This document shows positions 34,813 to 43,240 of a DNA stretch of 43,290 nt, piece after piece; positions within the stretch are counted from its first letter, which is position 1, and every line of letters starts with the position of its first letter. Location of the stretch: the IMG/VR virus record IMGVR_UViG_3300030397_000037, positions 1 to 43,290 of that record, one strand, 5' to 3'. The notes beneath the pieces are model-generated. The model saw nothing but the letters and a program-made list of their open reading frames with translations, did no database searches and was not told the DNA's origin. Source of the DNA: a virus (Duplodnaviria > Caudoviricetes). Position numbers and translations under genes: made by a program.

Positions 34813-36202
34813 CGTCCTCGTCAGTTAACTCTGCTGCCATCTGACGCACATCGCGCCCTTGCTCGTCAATGATTTCATCGACAATAGAATCTGGATCGTA
34901 ATCCATCCCGAACACATCTTCAATCCATTGCTGGAATGTGACTTCGCCGAATAATGGAGCACCAACGCCAATCGCCTGAGCCGTGTTTTGCAAGGCTTGG
35001 GATTTCTTGAGGATGATGTCCGCTTCTTCGGTTTCGTTCAATGCGCTAGAGATTGGGAACACGATCTTGGCTTCTTCCGGAATGTCAAGCAGGTTAGCTT
35101 CCGATAAGATCTCAAGCAATCGGGTAACCACTGGAACGCAGAAGGAGTTTTGGCGATCATAGATTACCGCATTATAAGCCGCTTTGTCTTCGTTGCCAGC
35201 ATACTGTCCTGAGCCTTCACCCGTTAAGATACGAACTGGAATACCTGTGGCCGAGGAAACCTCAGCGATATTGACATCAAAGGTTCCTTTAGGATCGTGC
35301 TGCGGAGTATTAAGTACCTTTGCTTCGGTACCGGATAGACGCATGAAATCGTTCCATTCGTTTTGGAATGCTTCAAGCTCGTCCTTCATCTTCTCGCGGA
35401 CAGTATCGTCTAGAATACCTTTAAAGTCTTTGTCAACTTCTAATGCGATCTTACCGCGAGCATTACGGAAGTAAGCCTCGGCCGCTGAGTAGTTAGTCTT
35501 CTCAATGGAATAGATTGCATTATAGACTGGGGATAGTGCTGATACACCTTCCACAGGATTATCCAAAGACCCTTCAGCCAGATGGACGACTCGCGACCAA
35601 TGCACCTTGCGGCTCATGGTATTAACTTGCTCTTCCTCGTCACCGCGAGATACGACATTAACTTGATACATGGTCGGCAGACCAAAACGCTCGTTAGTTG
35701 GATCAGTTTCGCGCTCAACGATATCAATACCATCTTCGGCAAATGGCGAGAAGTAGACTTTGCTGAGATCCCCGCTCGAAACAGGCTGCAAAGGTTCTTC
35801 CGGTTTCTGGCCAGGAATGCCGACATAAAGGATCGAGTAGTTACCGATACGGTTTAGGACATCGGCTTTACCGGTTTGCGCTAGCATACGGCGATCATTG
35901 AAAAGGAGCTTTAACTCGTCCTCAAGGATCTGCTCGTCATCTACTTCTAGCGTGAAACCGGCCTTCCAGCAGCGATCAGAAATACCCGCCACTACACGGT
36001 TTGCGAAACCGTTGCGGCGGAAAAGTGAGTACAGTTCCTCGAACTGCAGCTCCTCTGGGAACTTGAAGATGTCATAAAGCGAGCGTTTACCATCGCTAGA
36101 GACACCGTGATTATAGCTGCGCAGTTCTCGGCGTAAGGTCGAGAGCTGGTTTACCACCAGCATCTGTTCAGCCGTCAATTTGACTTCGGTTTTTGCGTTC
36201 AT
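34763..36202 (-). CDS. Portal protein (DUF1073-like)
   Basis: DPTNERFGLP, VHWSRVVH, IPVRILTG; position. Confidence 0.88.
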   Translation of the reverse strand: MNAKTEVKLTAEQMLVVNQLSTLRRELRSYNHGVSSDGKRSLYDIFKFPEELQFEELYSLFRRNGFANRVVAGISDRCWKAGFTLEVDDEQILEDELKLLFNDRRMLAQTGKADVLNRIGNYSILYVGIPGQKPEEPLQPVSSGDLSKVYFSPFAEDGIDIVERETDPTNERFGLPTMYQVNVVSRGDEEEQVNTMSRKVHWSRVVHLAEGSLDNPVEGVSALSPVYNAIYSIEKTNYSAAEAYFRNARGKIALEVDKDFKGILDDTVREKMKDELEAFQNEWNDFMRLSGTEAKVLNTPQHDPKGTFDVNIAEVSSATGIPVRILTGEGSGQYAGNEDKAAYNAVIYDRQNSFCVPVVTRLLEILSEANLLDIPEEAKIVFPISSALNETEEADIILKKSQALQNTAQAIGVGAPLFGEVTFQQWIEDVFGMDYDPDSIVDEIIDEQGRDVRQMAAELTDEDVGDEDPEDQSEQDAQE

Positions 36203-37002
36203 ACGTTTTTCACCAATAGGATTGAGTAGCGGACTAAGATAGGATCACCGCCTTGAGAGGATAAACCTTTCGCCATAATTCTAATATCCGATAATTCAGG
36301 GAATCGTTCACCAGTGCCCATAACCTGAGTTGGAACCTCGAAAGAATTAATCACGGCTTCACCAACGAATACTCCACCAAAAGGACGCACTTGGAATGAG
36401 ATAGCAACTTCGTCCCATTTGCCAGGAAATGCTTGCGCCTGTAAAAAGAAGCCTTGCCAGCCTCTAGGGATGGTAAAGGAACCTTCATAGCTACGTTCGC
36501 CAGCCATACCGACACCTGAGGCAAGGCCTTCCATTGCAGCTTGAGTAGCTGGATCGTTTGGTAAACCTGATTCCCCTGTTGGATAAACAGTGACTACACC
36601 CTGCGTAGATGCTACAGGTTCGTAGATACCGAAATAACTAGCGTTTTCTATACTGTAGATCCGATACCATAAACCGTCCAATGCGACTGGAGTTGTTCCG
36701 TCAAGTTTGATACGTTCCGTTTTTATTTGGTACTGATCATCTAGACCAGTGATCGCTACCCAATGAACGTCTGACGCATTGTCAGATTTAACTTCCATAG
36801 CAACAAAGTTTTCTGGAACGGTTAAGTCTCTAGTTACGTCATATGGATTGATTTGAGTTGGGGATGTCTGAGCGTCTGGTGAGTAACCAGAAATCGAGAC
36901 TACTCGTACATCGTCACGCAAGCCCATTCGAGCATGCGCAACTAAGTCGTTAAACTCAGTAGGAAAAGTGCGAGAGCGCAGTTGGTTATGTGGATCGGCC
37001 AT
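36199..37002 (-). CDS. Hypothetical beta-rich protein, probably structural
   Basis: 267 aa, AGGAG SD, ATGA overlap with the portal gene. Confidence 0.7.
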   Translation of the reverse strand: MADPHNQLRSRTFPTEFNDLVAHARMGLRDDVRVVSISGYSPDAQTSPTQINPYDVTRDLTVPENFVAMEVKSDNASDVHWVAITGLDDQYQIKTERIKLDGTTPVALDGLWYRIYSIENASYFGIYEPVASTQGVVTVYPTGESGLPNDPATQAAMEGLASGVGMAGERSYEGSFTIPRGWQGFFLQAQAFPGKWDEVAISFQVRPFGGVFVGEAVINSFEVPTQVMGTGERFPELSDIRIMAKGLSSQGGDPILVRYSILLVKNV

Positions 37003-37037
37003 TTTAAGTCTCCTAATTAGACTTTATTATAAGCCTA

Positions 37038-38618
37038 TTAGTCCCAAATTCCAACAAATCCATCATTGCCACCGAATAACATTGTCTCAGCTGCATCGAA
37101 GCAGGTATCAGCAATGTCGTCATGCGCATGGGTATCGTCAGGTGTGAAACCAATATGCTCCTCTATTAAATCCGTCATATGAGGGTTTGCGGATACTGGT
37201 AAAAATTTTAAACGGCCACCCGAATAAAAGCCAGAAACATCATTCGCTCTCGACCATTTATCTTTCGTCCGTGTGAGCCCCTCCACAGGAACGGGGCTAT
37301 TCCCCATTACTTGTTGAATGAAGATCGATCCGTAGGCGGCATCTTCCACCTTAGCCGAGCGACATCTGGAATTGGTGTGATATGTTTTCGCATGCTTTTT
37401 AAAAAAGTCAAGAAGTACGTTTTTGCATTCATCTGGAGTCCATTTGCCTCTTAATATATCTATCAAGTAAATGCAACCATCATAATAACCCCAACAGGTC
37501 GCAGCGGTATAGTCGCTCGATTCCTTGGCCTTCATTGCCGTATCGACAAAGATCATGGTATACTCGAACGGTGGCGGTTGGTTCGGGTCATATACGTTAT
37601 CAAGGAAAAAGGATTCTTTAAATAAACCAGCGTTGGCGCTTGGTGGTCGCTGTTGGTACTGGGATAGCCAAGTGTAGTTATGGTGCTTTAGTGCTTCGAT
37701 ACGATCTTCACTAACTTTCTGAGCCCATAGCGGTTTGTTTAACGGAGGTCTAATATTCTCAGGGATCTCCATTGGTCGGCCGTGCGTCCATTCTTTAGGA
37801 TAAGCACGTTCCTCGTAATACGCAGGCAATTCCAAATGATCCCAAACCTCGCCCGAGCCACCTTTGAGTAGATAACCGGATAGGTCGTTATCGTGGATGC
37901 GCTGCATAATGATGACCACAGGAGTATTGGTATCATCCGCCAGACGCGACATAACCGTGTTGTTGAATCGGTTGTTGACTTTTTCGCGTTCTGCGGTAAA
38001 GGCATCGTCCGGTTTGTTCGGGTCATCGATAATAAGCAGACCATAATAATGGTTGACATCATCTTCTTGTTCAAGTAAGCGCCCAGCACGGAAACCAGTC
38101 ACCTGACCGGATAGAGTACGCGCACCGAACTCGCCGTAGCTGTCAGTTTTCCAAAGACCTTTTGATTGGGCATCTTTCTTCAACTCCATTGACCACTTAT
38201 TCTGGAACTGCGGCGACTGGATAATGGAGCGCACTTTCGATGAACAGTCATCTACCAGTGTTTGGGAATAGGATAGGTACAGGAATCGAGAACGAGGCTC
38301 AATTGCCATCGAGCGAGCGGCCATGGCCACCCCTGCCTGAATGGTCTTGAAGAATCCTGGTGGGATATTAATGATAAGGCGCTTGCTCTTACCATCGATT
38401 ACCCGTTGTAGTGCCCAGTCGACAATCATATTGTGACGGGCTACGATCATCTTAGTCCCTTCCAGCACGTCCTTAAAAAAGTAGCGCGTGAAATGGATAC
38501 CGTCAGTTTCGCAACGATGCTTGTGGTATTTCTCCTCAAGCACCAGTTGCTCTGCGTCTTGCTCGGTTCGGATTTCTCGATCAGTAATCATTATCAAATT
38601 TCTTGTCGAAAGCTGCAA
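37038..38618 (-). CDS. terL: Terminase large subunit
   Basis: LIINIPPGFFKT, LIIDDP, IIMQRIH, YQQRP, nuclease VDTA...SDY...HDDIAD; true start may be ATG near 38591. Confidence 0.93.
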   Translation of the reverse strand: MQLSTRNLIMITDREIRTEQDAEQLVLEEKYHKHRCETDGIHFTRYFFKDVLEGTKMIVARHNMIVDWALQRVIDGKSKRLIINIPPGFFKTIQAGVAMAARSMAIEPRSRFLYLSYSQTLVDDCSSKVRSIIQSPQFQNKWSMELKKDAQSKGLWKTDSYGEFGARTLSGQVTGFRAGRLLEQEDDVNHYYGLLIIDDPNKPDDAFTAEREKVNNRFNNTVMSRLADDTNTPVVIIMQRIHDNDLSGYLLKGGSGEVWDHLELPAYYEERAYPKEWTHGRPMEIPENIRPPLNKPLWAQKVSEDRIEALKHHNYTWLSQYQQRPPSANAGLFKESFFLDNVYDPNQPPPFEYTMIFVDTAMKAKESSDYTAATCWGYYDGCIYLIDILRGKWTPDECKNVLLDFFKKHAKTYHTNSRCRSAKVEDAAYGSIFIQQVMGNSPVPVEGLTRTKDKWSRANDVSGFYSGGRLKFLPVSANPHMTDLIEEHIGFTPDDTHAHDDIADTCFDAAETMLFGGNDGFVGIWD

Positions 38619-39063
38619 CGTCTTGCTCAGTCAAATTGACATTGATAGCGCCACCATCCTTACCCGTAACTTCTGTCTGAACCTTATCGCCCCACTGGAA
38701 GCGGTTGGTCATTTGGAACTTGTACATATTGGCGTTGACTTCTGCCTCGCCGAAGGTTCCTTCTTTACCCTTGCGCGACCAGAATGCTTCAGCATTAGTC
38801 TTAGCTAATTCGTAGGCTTCTTGGAGCACTGGATACATACGGCGGTAGTTAGCAAAGGTTTGTTTAGAGATGCCCATAGCTGCGCAGACTTCTGAATCTG
38901 ACTCACCCTTCAGATAATACTGCGGTAGCTTATTGGCTAAAGCTAGGACTTCTTCTTCGGTTGATAGCCATGCTTGCTGGCCACCCATATCCTTCCACTT
39001 TTTGCTTCCGTCTGAATTAGATGGCAGATTGCCACCCTTGTGTTGCTTGGTCATATAATTCAC
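38581..39063 (-). CDS. terS: Terminase small subunit
   Basis: HTH EVCAAMGISKQTFANY; C-terminal EVTGKDGGAI; directly upstream of terL. Confidence 0.85.
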   Translation of the reverse strand: MNYMTKQHKGGNLPSNSDGSKKWKDMGGQQAWLSTEEEVLALANKLPQYYLKGESDSEVCAAMGISKQTFANYRRMYPVLQEAYELAKTNAEAFWSRKGKEGTFGEAEVNANMYKFQMTNRFQWGDKVQTEVTGKDGGAINVNLTEQDVAAFDKKFDNDY

Positions 39064-39083
39064 CCTCTGTGCCTGATAGCTAA

Positions 39084-39113
39084 ATTATATAACCGTTCCT
39101 ATTGGAATTTCAA
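39084..39113 (-). promoter_or_regulatory. sigma70-like promoter for the packaging/structural arm
   Basis: TTGAAA-N18-TATAAT upstream of terS. Confidence 0.6.
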
Positions 39114-39116
39114 CCC

Positions 39117-39563
39117 CTATTTTTGGGTTGGGATATGCTTGCGTAATCGGCTAACCCACCAGTACGTGAACGTCTTGGTATCCATCTCGATATACTCAGG
39201 TATGCTTTCGCAGCCTTCTAAGAATGCCGCAGGGATAAGAACCTTCCATTTTGCGCGAGCCTTACGCCAAAAGACTACCGGAGTAAGTGGATCGTCTGGG
39301 AATGCTTCGCAGTGCTGGAGTGCTTGCTTATACGCTTGGTTCCAGTAAGATTTGAAATTTGGGGTTTCTTGGTACTTCACTTCCACAGCTAGCAAGGGCA
39401 CATTCTCGATATCAAATCCGCCACCGCGAGTCTGAGACAAGTTACGTCCGATGTTCTCTGCACTGAAATGATCGGTTAGCTTATTGGCTTGCAAGATGCC
39501 TTGCAATAGTACCACCACTTCGCGCTCCCCGCGCTTGCCTTTGTTACGAGCGTGTGCAGTCAT
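39117..39563 (-). CDS. Holliday junction resolvase (PD-(D/E)xK)
   Basis: RNKGKRGERE, RNLSQTRGGGFDI, AVEVK, PVVFWRK. Confidence 0.8.
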   Translation of the reverse strand: MTAHARNKGKRGEREVVVLLQGILQANKLTDHFSAENIGRNLSQTRGGGFDIENVPLLAVEVKYQETPNFKSYWNQAYKQALQHCEAFPDDPLTPVVFWRKARAKWKVLIPAAFLEGCESIPEYIEMDTKTFTYWWVSRLRKHIPTQK

Positions 39564-39735
39564 TTAAGATCTCCTCACAGAATTTAAGCTTACCCTTATT
39601 AAAGACTAGGTCTTTACCGCCGTGCATCTCGACTTGGGTTTGGATAGCTTTGATGGATTTACCGTTGAAGTAGGCTTGCTTTACGGCCTTATAACCGGCT
39701 TGGAAAATATCTTTGTCATTTGCTGGAGCTGGCAT
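39544..39735 (-). CDS. Hypothetical protein
   Basis: 63 aa, GAGGAG SD. Confidence 0.65.
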   Translation of the reverse strand: MPAPANDKDIFQAGYKAVKQAYFNGKSIKAIQTQVEMHGGKDLVFNKGKLKFCEEILNDCTRS

Positions 39736-39934
39736 TGGTGCTCTCCTCTGACGCTGCGGGTAGGTTCTGACCGTTTTTGATTCGATTGTTTGCCACCAAA
39801 GGCTGCTGCCCTTTATCTAGGTGCCATGGTTCCTCGCAACCACAATCAGCGCACTTCCGCATATTAATAGAACGCAGCGAGACAATTGCCGTCCCGCCGC
39901 ACTTACTGCATTTCTTACCCGTCAATGAACTCAT
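39716..39934 (-). CDS. Small Zn-ribbon protein
   Basis: CSKC...CADC; ATG 39934 after AGGAG. Confidence 0.65.
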   Translation of the reverse strand: MSSLTGKKCSKCGGTAIVSLRSINMRKCADCGCEEPWHLDKGQQPLVANNRIKNGQNLPAASEESTNASSSK

Positions 39935-40121
39935 CTTTCGACTCCTGACTAAATGCGCGTTTAACTGCAATCCCGCTAAGGATTACAAGCATTATATACC
40001 AGAACAGGAAACTAGTCCAATCGTTAAACCAGAACCCCATGATATCCCCAATGGTTTTGGTTAGCATCCAGCCCATGACGTACAGGATAGCCGCTAAGGC
40101 CACCATGATTAAATCTACCAT
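39915..40121 (-). CDS. Small two-TM membrane protein
   Basis: Two hydrophobic segments; GGGAG SD. Confidence 0.6.
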   Translation of the reverse strand: MVDLIMVALAAILYVMGWMLTKTIGDIMGFWFNDWTSFLFWYIMLVILSGIAVKRAFSQESKDEFIDG

Positions 40122-40372
40122 TCTTTGCTCCCATCTTCAGTAGCTTTATTAAATTTGGTTACTACCGCGATTGCTTCATCTTCGAGATAGCCACCATCGG
40201 TGTATACCGATTTAAGGATTTTCCCACCTTTGCCCACTAAATGCACCGTGATTCTACAGAACTTAAAGATCTCGTCCTCGATTGCATAGGTCGCTATATA
40301 CAAGCGACCCTTTGGTAAGTTGATGCAAGCGCCATTGTATCTGACGGTGCGTCGCTTAGGATCTTTATTCAT
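40115..40372 (-). CDS. Hypothetical protein
   Basis: 85 aa, overlapping neighbours in operon. Confidence 0.65.
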   Translation of the reverse strand: MNKDPKRRTVRYNGACINLPKGRLYIATYAIEDEIFKFCRITVHLVGKGGKILKSVYTDGGYLEDEAIAVVTKFNKATEDGSKEW

Positions 40373-40721
40373 GCTCTGTCAATGCCTCGAAAAGAACTTC
40401 TAGAGCAATATCCACCAGCTCGGCTACTACCACCTTGTTTTTGATTTCGCTACGGTGGAACTTAGGACTATTATTCTGCTTGGCCATAATGAAGCGACCC
40501 AAAGAGCAATCCACAATATGAATGGTGGCAATCGTAGCGCCCTTATTGTCGACAAAGCCAAAGTTCATCGCGGCAAGGAACTCGGTACGGTTATACTGCA
40601 TACCTGCCTTTAAATCAGGCACGTAAGTATCATCTAAGCCGTGCGCGTAATTGGTCATATACTTCTGTGCGAACTCGCTTGTGAACTGGTTGGCGATAAT
40701 TTCCTGAAACATGTTTTGCAT
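40365..40721 (-). CDS. Hypothetical protein
   Basis: 118 aa, GAGG SD. Confidence 0.7.
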   Translation of the reverse strand: MQNMFQEIIANQFTSEFAQKYMTNYAHGLDDTYVPDLKAGMQYNRTEFLAAMNFGFVDNKGATIATIHIVDCSLGRFIMAKQNNSPKFHRSEIKNKVVVAELVDIALEVLFEALTEHE

Positions 40722-40733
40722 TTTGCTTTCCTC

Positions 40734-40892
40734 TTAGTTTACGAACTGGTCAGAGAATACCATGAACGTATCTTCGCCAACGCGAACTTCAACTGCACAC
40801 TTAGGATCTGAATCCATATCCCATACTGTACCAGTTAAGATTTCGCCGTTCCAGTTTTGGAATTTAACTACTTGGCCGATAACTAATTTCAT
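40734..40892 (-). CDS. Small hypothetical protein (SH3-like beta pattern)
   Basis: MKLVIGQVVKF... 52 aa; ATG 40892 after GAGGAG. Confidence 0.65.
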   Translation of the reverse strand: MKLVIGQVVKFQNWNGEILTGTVWDMDSDPKCAVEVRVGEDTFMVFSDQFVN

Positions 40893-40917
40893 AACACTCT
40901 CCTCAAACAATGAATAT

Positions 40918-41029
40918 ATTATCTGACACCTTTGCCTATTAATCACCATAGTTAAGCAAAATAATTTAACATTTATTTTAAGAAAAAGGTTCAAAAGGTG
41001 CTGATCCTAAGCACGACCTGTTTGATAAT
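40918..41029. promoter_or_regulatory. Divergent promoter pair
   Basis: Minus: GTGATT-N17-GATAAT (40946-40918). Plus: CTGATC-N17-GATAAT (41001-41029). AT-rich spacer; both are followed by TTGAGGAGA SD. Confidence 0.55.
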
Positions 41030-41054
41030 ATTTATATTGATTGAGGAGATAGAT

Positions 41055-41108
41055 ATGAAAGCAATGGTCGCAAGGTTAAGTCTAAAGCAAGCTATGCAGA
41101 ATGCCTAG
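41055..41108 (+). CDS. 17-aa peptide MKAMVARLSLKQAMQNA
   Basis: GAGGAG SD, upstream promoter-like element, downstream hairpin. Confidence 0.4.
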   Translation: MKAMVARLSLKQAMQNA

Positions 41109-41136
41109 AATATTTAGCAAAGAAAGGTTGATAATA

Positions 41137-41162
41137 GGGGTGATCTTTGATCCCCCTTTATT
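41137..41162 (+). terminator. Putative terminator
   Basis: GGGGTGATC-TTT-GATCCCCC-TTTATT. Confidence 0.5.
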
Positions 41163-41219
41163 AGATAATATCTTTGTTGGTTGGGATTGGCCTGACCAAT
41201 TAAGCAAAGAGGAAAGCTT

Positions 41220-41369
41220 ATGTGGAAATACAAGATCATCGCTCCTAACTTGGAGTACCTAAGCATACAAAAGTTCGAGACTGCGGACGAGGCTTGGGCA
41301 GCTGGATGCAAGATGGTCATGGACGTATGGCCAACAAGGGCATGCGAAGTCTATCTTTATAAAATCTAA
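41220..41369 (+). CDS. 49-aa hypothetical protein
   Basis: MWKYKIIAPNLEYLSIQKFETADEAWAAG...; AAGAGG SD; followed by a terminator; below the ORF-track cutoff. Confidence 0.7.
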   Translation: MWKYKIIAPNLEYLSIQKFETADEAWAAGCKMVMDVWPTRACEVYLYKI

Positions 41370-41370
41370 A

Positions 41371-41396
41371 AAAGGGGAGCTACGGCTCCCTTTCTT
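41371..41396. terminator. Bidirectional intrinsic terminator
   Basis: A-tract, GGGGAGC-TACG-GCTCCC, then TTTCTT. Confidence 0.8.
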
Positions 41397-41598
41397 AGTA
41401 TCGGTTCTGAGTAATCATAATACTAATTGAAATTCCGACCCAAGAAAAGTCCTCATATCTCCCCATAAGAGCCCCTAAATGCGACTATAGGGTTTTTAAT
41501 TTTATCATCTAGGTATACCTAGCGTATCACGTTAGGACACCCCATAGCGCCATATAGCCCTATGTAATGGCGAGGACGTTTGGAATCCTCGCTTATAT

Positions 41599-41766
41599 TT
41601 AGGATTTCTTGCGATACTTACGGCTAGCACTGAGGAAATCGGCTCGGCTAGGGAAAAGCAAGAAATTAATGGCTGACATCGGTTGGTTCGTCACTTCCGC
41701 AACCTCTTTGCGACTCAGCCCGTTGGTGTAGCGTAAACGGTTCACGCGATATTGCAACTCACTCAT
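41599..41766 (-). CDS. 55-aa HTH protein
   Basis: MSELQYRVNRLRYTNGLSRKEVAEVTNQPMSAINFLL...; overlaps the upstream gene stop; below the ORF-track cutoff. Confidence 0.65.
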   Translation of the reverse strand: MSELQYRVNRLRYTNGLSRKEVAEVTNQPMSAINFLLFPSRADFLSASRKYRKKS

Positions 41767-42145
41767 TGTTCTCGAGCCACCCTAGTAAGCCGACCGTGAC
41801 CATGTCTTGGATATCCACAATAGCTGGAGTCTCCGCTCGCCCGATCAGCAGGTAGGTTACGGCTTCACGGATCTTGGTCAGCAAGGTATTGAGCCACTTA
41901 TAGGTGACAACGAAGTCTTTATTCTTGCCTTCGCTAAGACCTTGCGCTGCAAGCAAAACACCGCCCAAGTCAATGACCGTAGCTGACTCTGCATCGAAGG
42001 TTCCGAGATGCAGCTCTAGTTGGTAGTCCTCTTTGATTAGGTCTTCATTATCGTAGACCAGCGCCCACTCGGCTACCTGCTCAGGGTTAATCATCACCGG
42101 CACGTCTGAGTGCTTCTGATGCGCTAGAATATAGAATGGTGGCAT
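41759..42145 (-). CDS. Hypothetical protein
   Basis: 128 aa, GAGGAG SD. Confidence 0.75.
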   Translation of the reverse strand: MPPFYILAHQKHSDVPVMINPEQVAEWALVYDNEDLIKEDYQLELHLGTFDAESATVIDLGGVLLAAQGLSEGKNKDFVVTYKWLNTLLTKIREAVTYLLIGRAETPAIVDIQDMVTVGLLGWLENNE

Positions 42146-42163
42146 TCTTATCTCCTCTTAAAC

Positions 42164-42412
42164 TTATAAACAACGTAGACGGCTATTATAGGCCAAAACA
42201 GGACTAACATGCACCGCCAAATGTACTCCTTTGCAGGATCGTTGCGGTGGAATAGATAGTCGTGCGGGTACGAGAGCAGCAACCTCTTGTTCCATGTCCT
42301 CGTAAGGCAAGGTCACAGCCGAACCTCGCTGCACGCCAGTTAGAGGTTTGCCGTTAACCATGATGATTACATCTCGGCCTTTATCTACGGTCATTGATCT
42401 TTCCTCGTTCAC
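42164..42412 (-). CDS. Hypothetical protein
   Basis: 82 aa; start may be ATG 42394 after GAGG. Confidence 0.55.
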   Translation of the reverse strand: MNEERSMTVDKGRDVIIMVNGKPLTGVQRGSAVTLPYEDMEQEVAALVPARLSIPPQRSCKGVHLAVHVSPVLAYNSRLRCL

Positions 42413-42549
42413 TTATATCTTACTGGTCGATTATAATCAACGCACAAACGATAACCGCACTTCCAGCATCGACCCTCTGCTTTATAGCCATTCTTAAAAC
42501 CGCAACGCTCACACGGGTAATAGTAATAAGTTGGTTTCTTTCTGCTCAT
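42409..42549 (-). CDS. 46-aa Zn-ribbon protein
   Basis: MSRKKPTYYYYPCERCGFKNGYKAEGRCWKCG...; GGAGG SD; TAATG coupling. Confidence 0.65.
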   Translation of the reverse strand: MSRKKPTYYYYPCERCGFKNGYKAEGRCWKCGYRLCVDYNRPVRYK

Positions 42550-42773
42550 TATCTCACCTCCACTTTGCTATCTTCTTCACTGAACACTATCTCTAATCGG
42601 CAGTACCGCTCAGGGTCAGTAACTACGTCCCCTCTCATTTCAATCATGGCTCGAACATCCTTTAAATACTTTGCCTGCCCCTTACCTAGGATCACCTGAG
42701 TAGGCTTCTCGCCATTATGGCTTAACTGGTAAGTAGCAATCTTGCCTTCGACAATATCGGATAAACTATCCAT
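42549..42773 (-). CDS. Hypothetical protein
   Basis: 74 aa, AAGAGG SD, first gene after a promoter. Confidence 0.7.
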   Translation of the reverse strand: MDSLSDIVEGKIATYQLSHNGEKPTQVILGKGQAKYLKDVRAMIEMRGDVVTDPERYCRLEIVFSEEDSKVEVR

Positions 42774-42804
42774 TACTCTTTCCTCTTTGATTTAACTATA
42801 CCTA

Positions 42805-42833
42805 ATTATCAGACATAACTAGGCATAGTTCAA
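42805..42833 (-). promoter_or_regulatory. sigma70-like promoter
   Basis: TTGAAC-N17-GATAAT. Confidence 0.65.
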
Positions 42834-42838
42834 CATGT

Positions 42839-43018
42839 TTAAACACCTTTTGGTTCATACCATCCGTATGCCCAGTAATCGACATGACCGCACTTCTTGC
42901 AGTGGGTTTCGCACTCGTTGATACGACCATCGACAATGGAGGTGACTTTTAGATCGTTCCAGCCATTGCAGATCGGGCGAGCGTCCTTGTTATCGTAGTT
43001 TGGTTTCTCTTTGCTCAT
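42839..43018 (-). CDS. 59-aa Cys-containing hypothetical protein
   Basis: MSKEKPNY...THCKKCGHVDYWAYGWY; GAGG SD; below the ORF-track cutoff. Confidence 0.65.
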   Translation of the reverse strand: MSKEKPNYDNKDARPICNGWNDLKVTSIVDGRINECETHCKKCGHVDYWAYGWYEPKGV

Positions 43019-43048
43019 TTTGTTTGTCCTCAGCCTCGTAGTAGGCCT

Positions 43049-43240
43049 CTAATACTCGGTTTTTTTTAGATCTAGGATAGATAGGCATTCTTCATCGATT
43101 TCGTGCTTACGCTCGTCAGGTAAGTCATTCTGAATATTACGCAACTCGATCATATAGCAAGATAAGGCTTCTTGCATACTAAGATGATTCAATCCGTCCA
43201 TTTCTAGTTCAATTTTAACTTTTTCTGACATCGTGTTCAC
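43049..43240 (-). CDS. Hypothetical protein
   Basis: 63 aa; start GTG 43240 or ATG 43231. Confidence 0.6.
   Translation of the reverse strand: MNTMSEKVKIELEMDGLNHLSMQEALSCYMIELRNIQNDLPDERKHEIDEECLSILDLKKTEY

Noticed and set aside
34763-36202. Anti-CBASS Acb1 label sometimes given to DUF1073-like proteins
   Set aside because: Size, motifs and position indicate a portal; no paired HxT/S phosphoesterase motifs seen.
40893-41320. ORF-track extension 40893-40994 and ORF 41114..41320 (-)
   Set aside because: The first runs through a promoter region with a better SD/ATG at 40892; the second is antisense to the better-supported 49-aa + strand gene.
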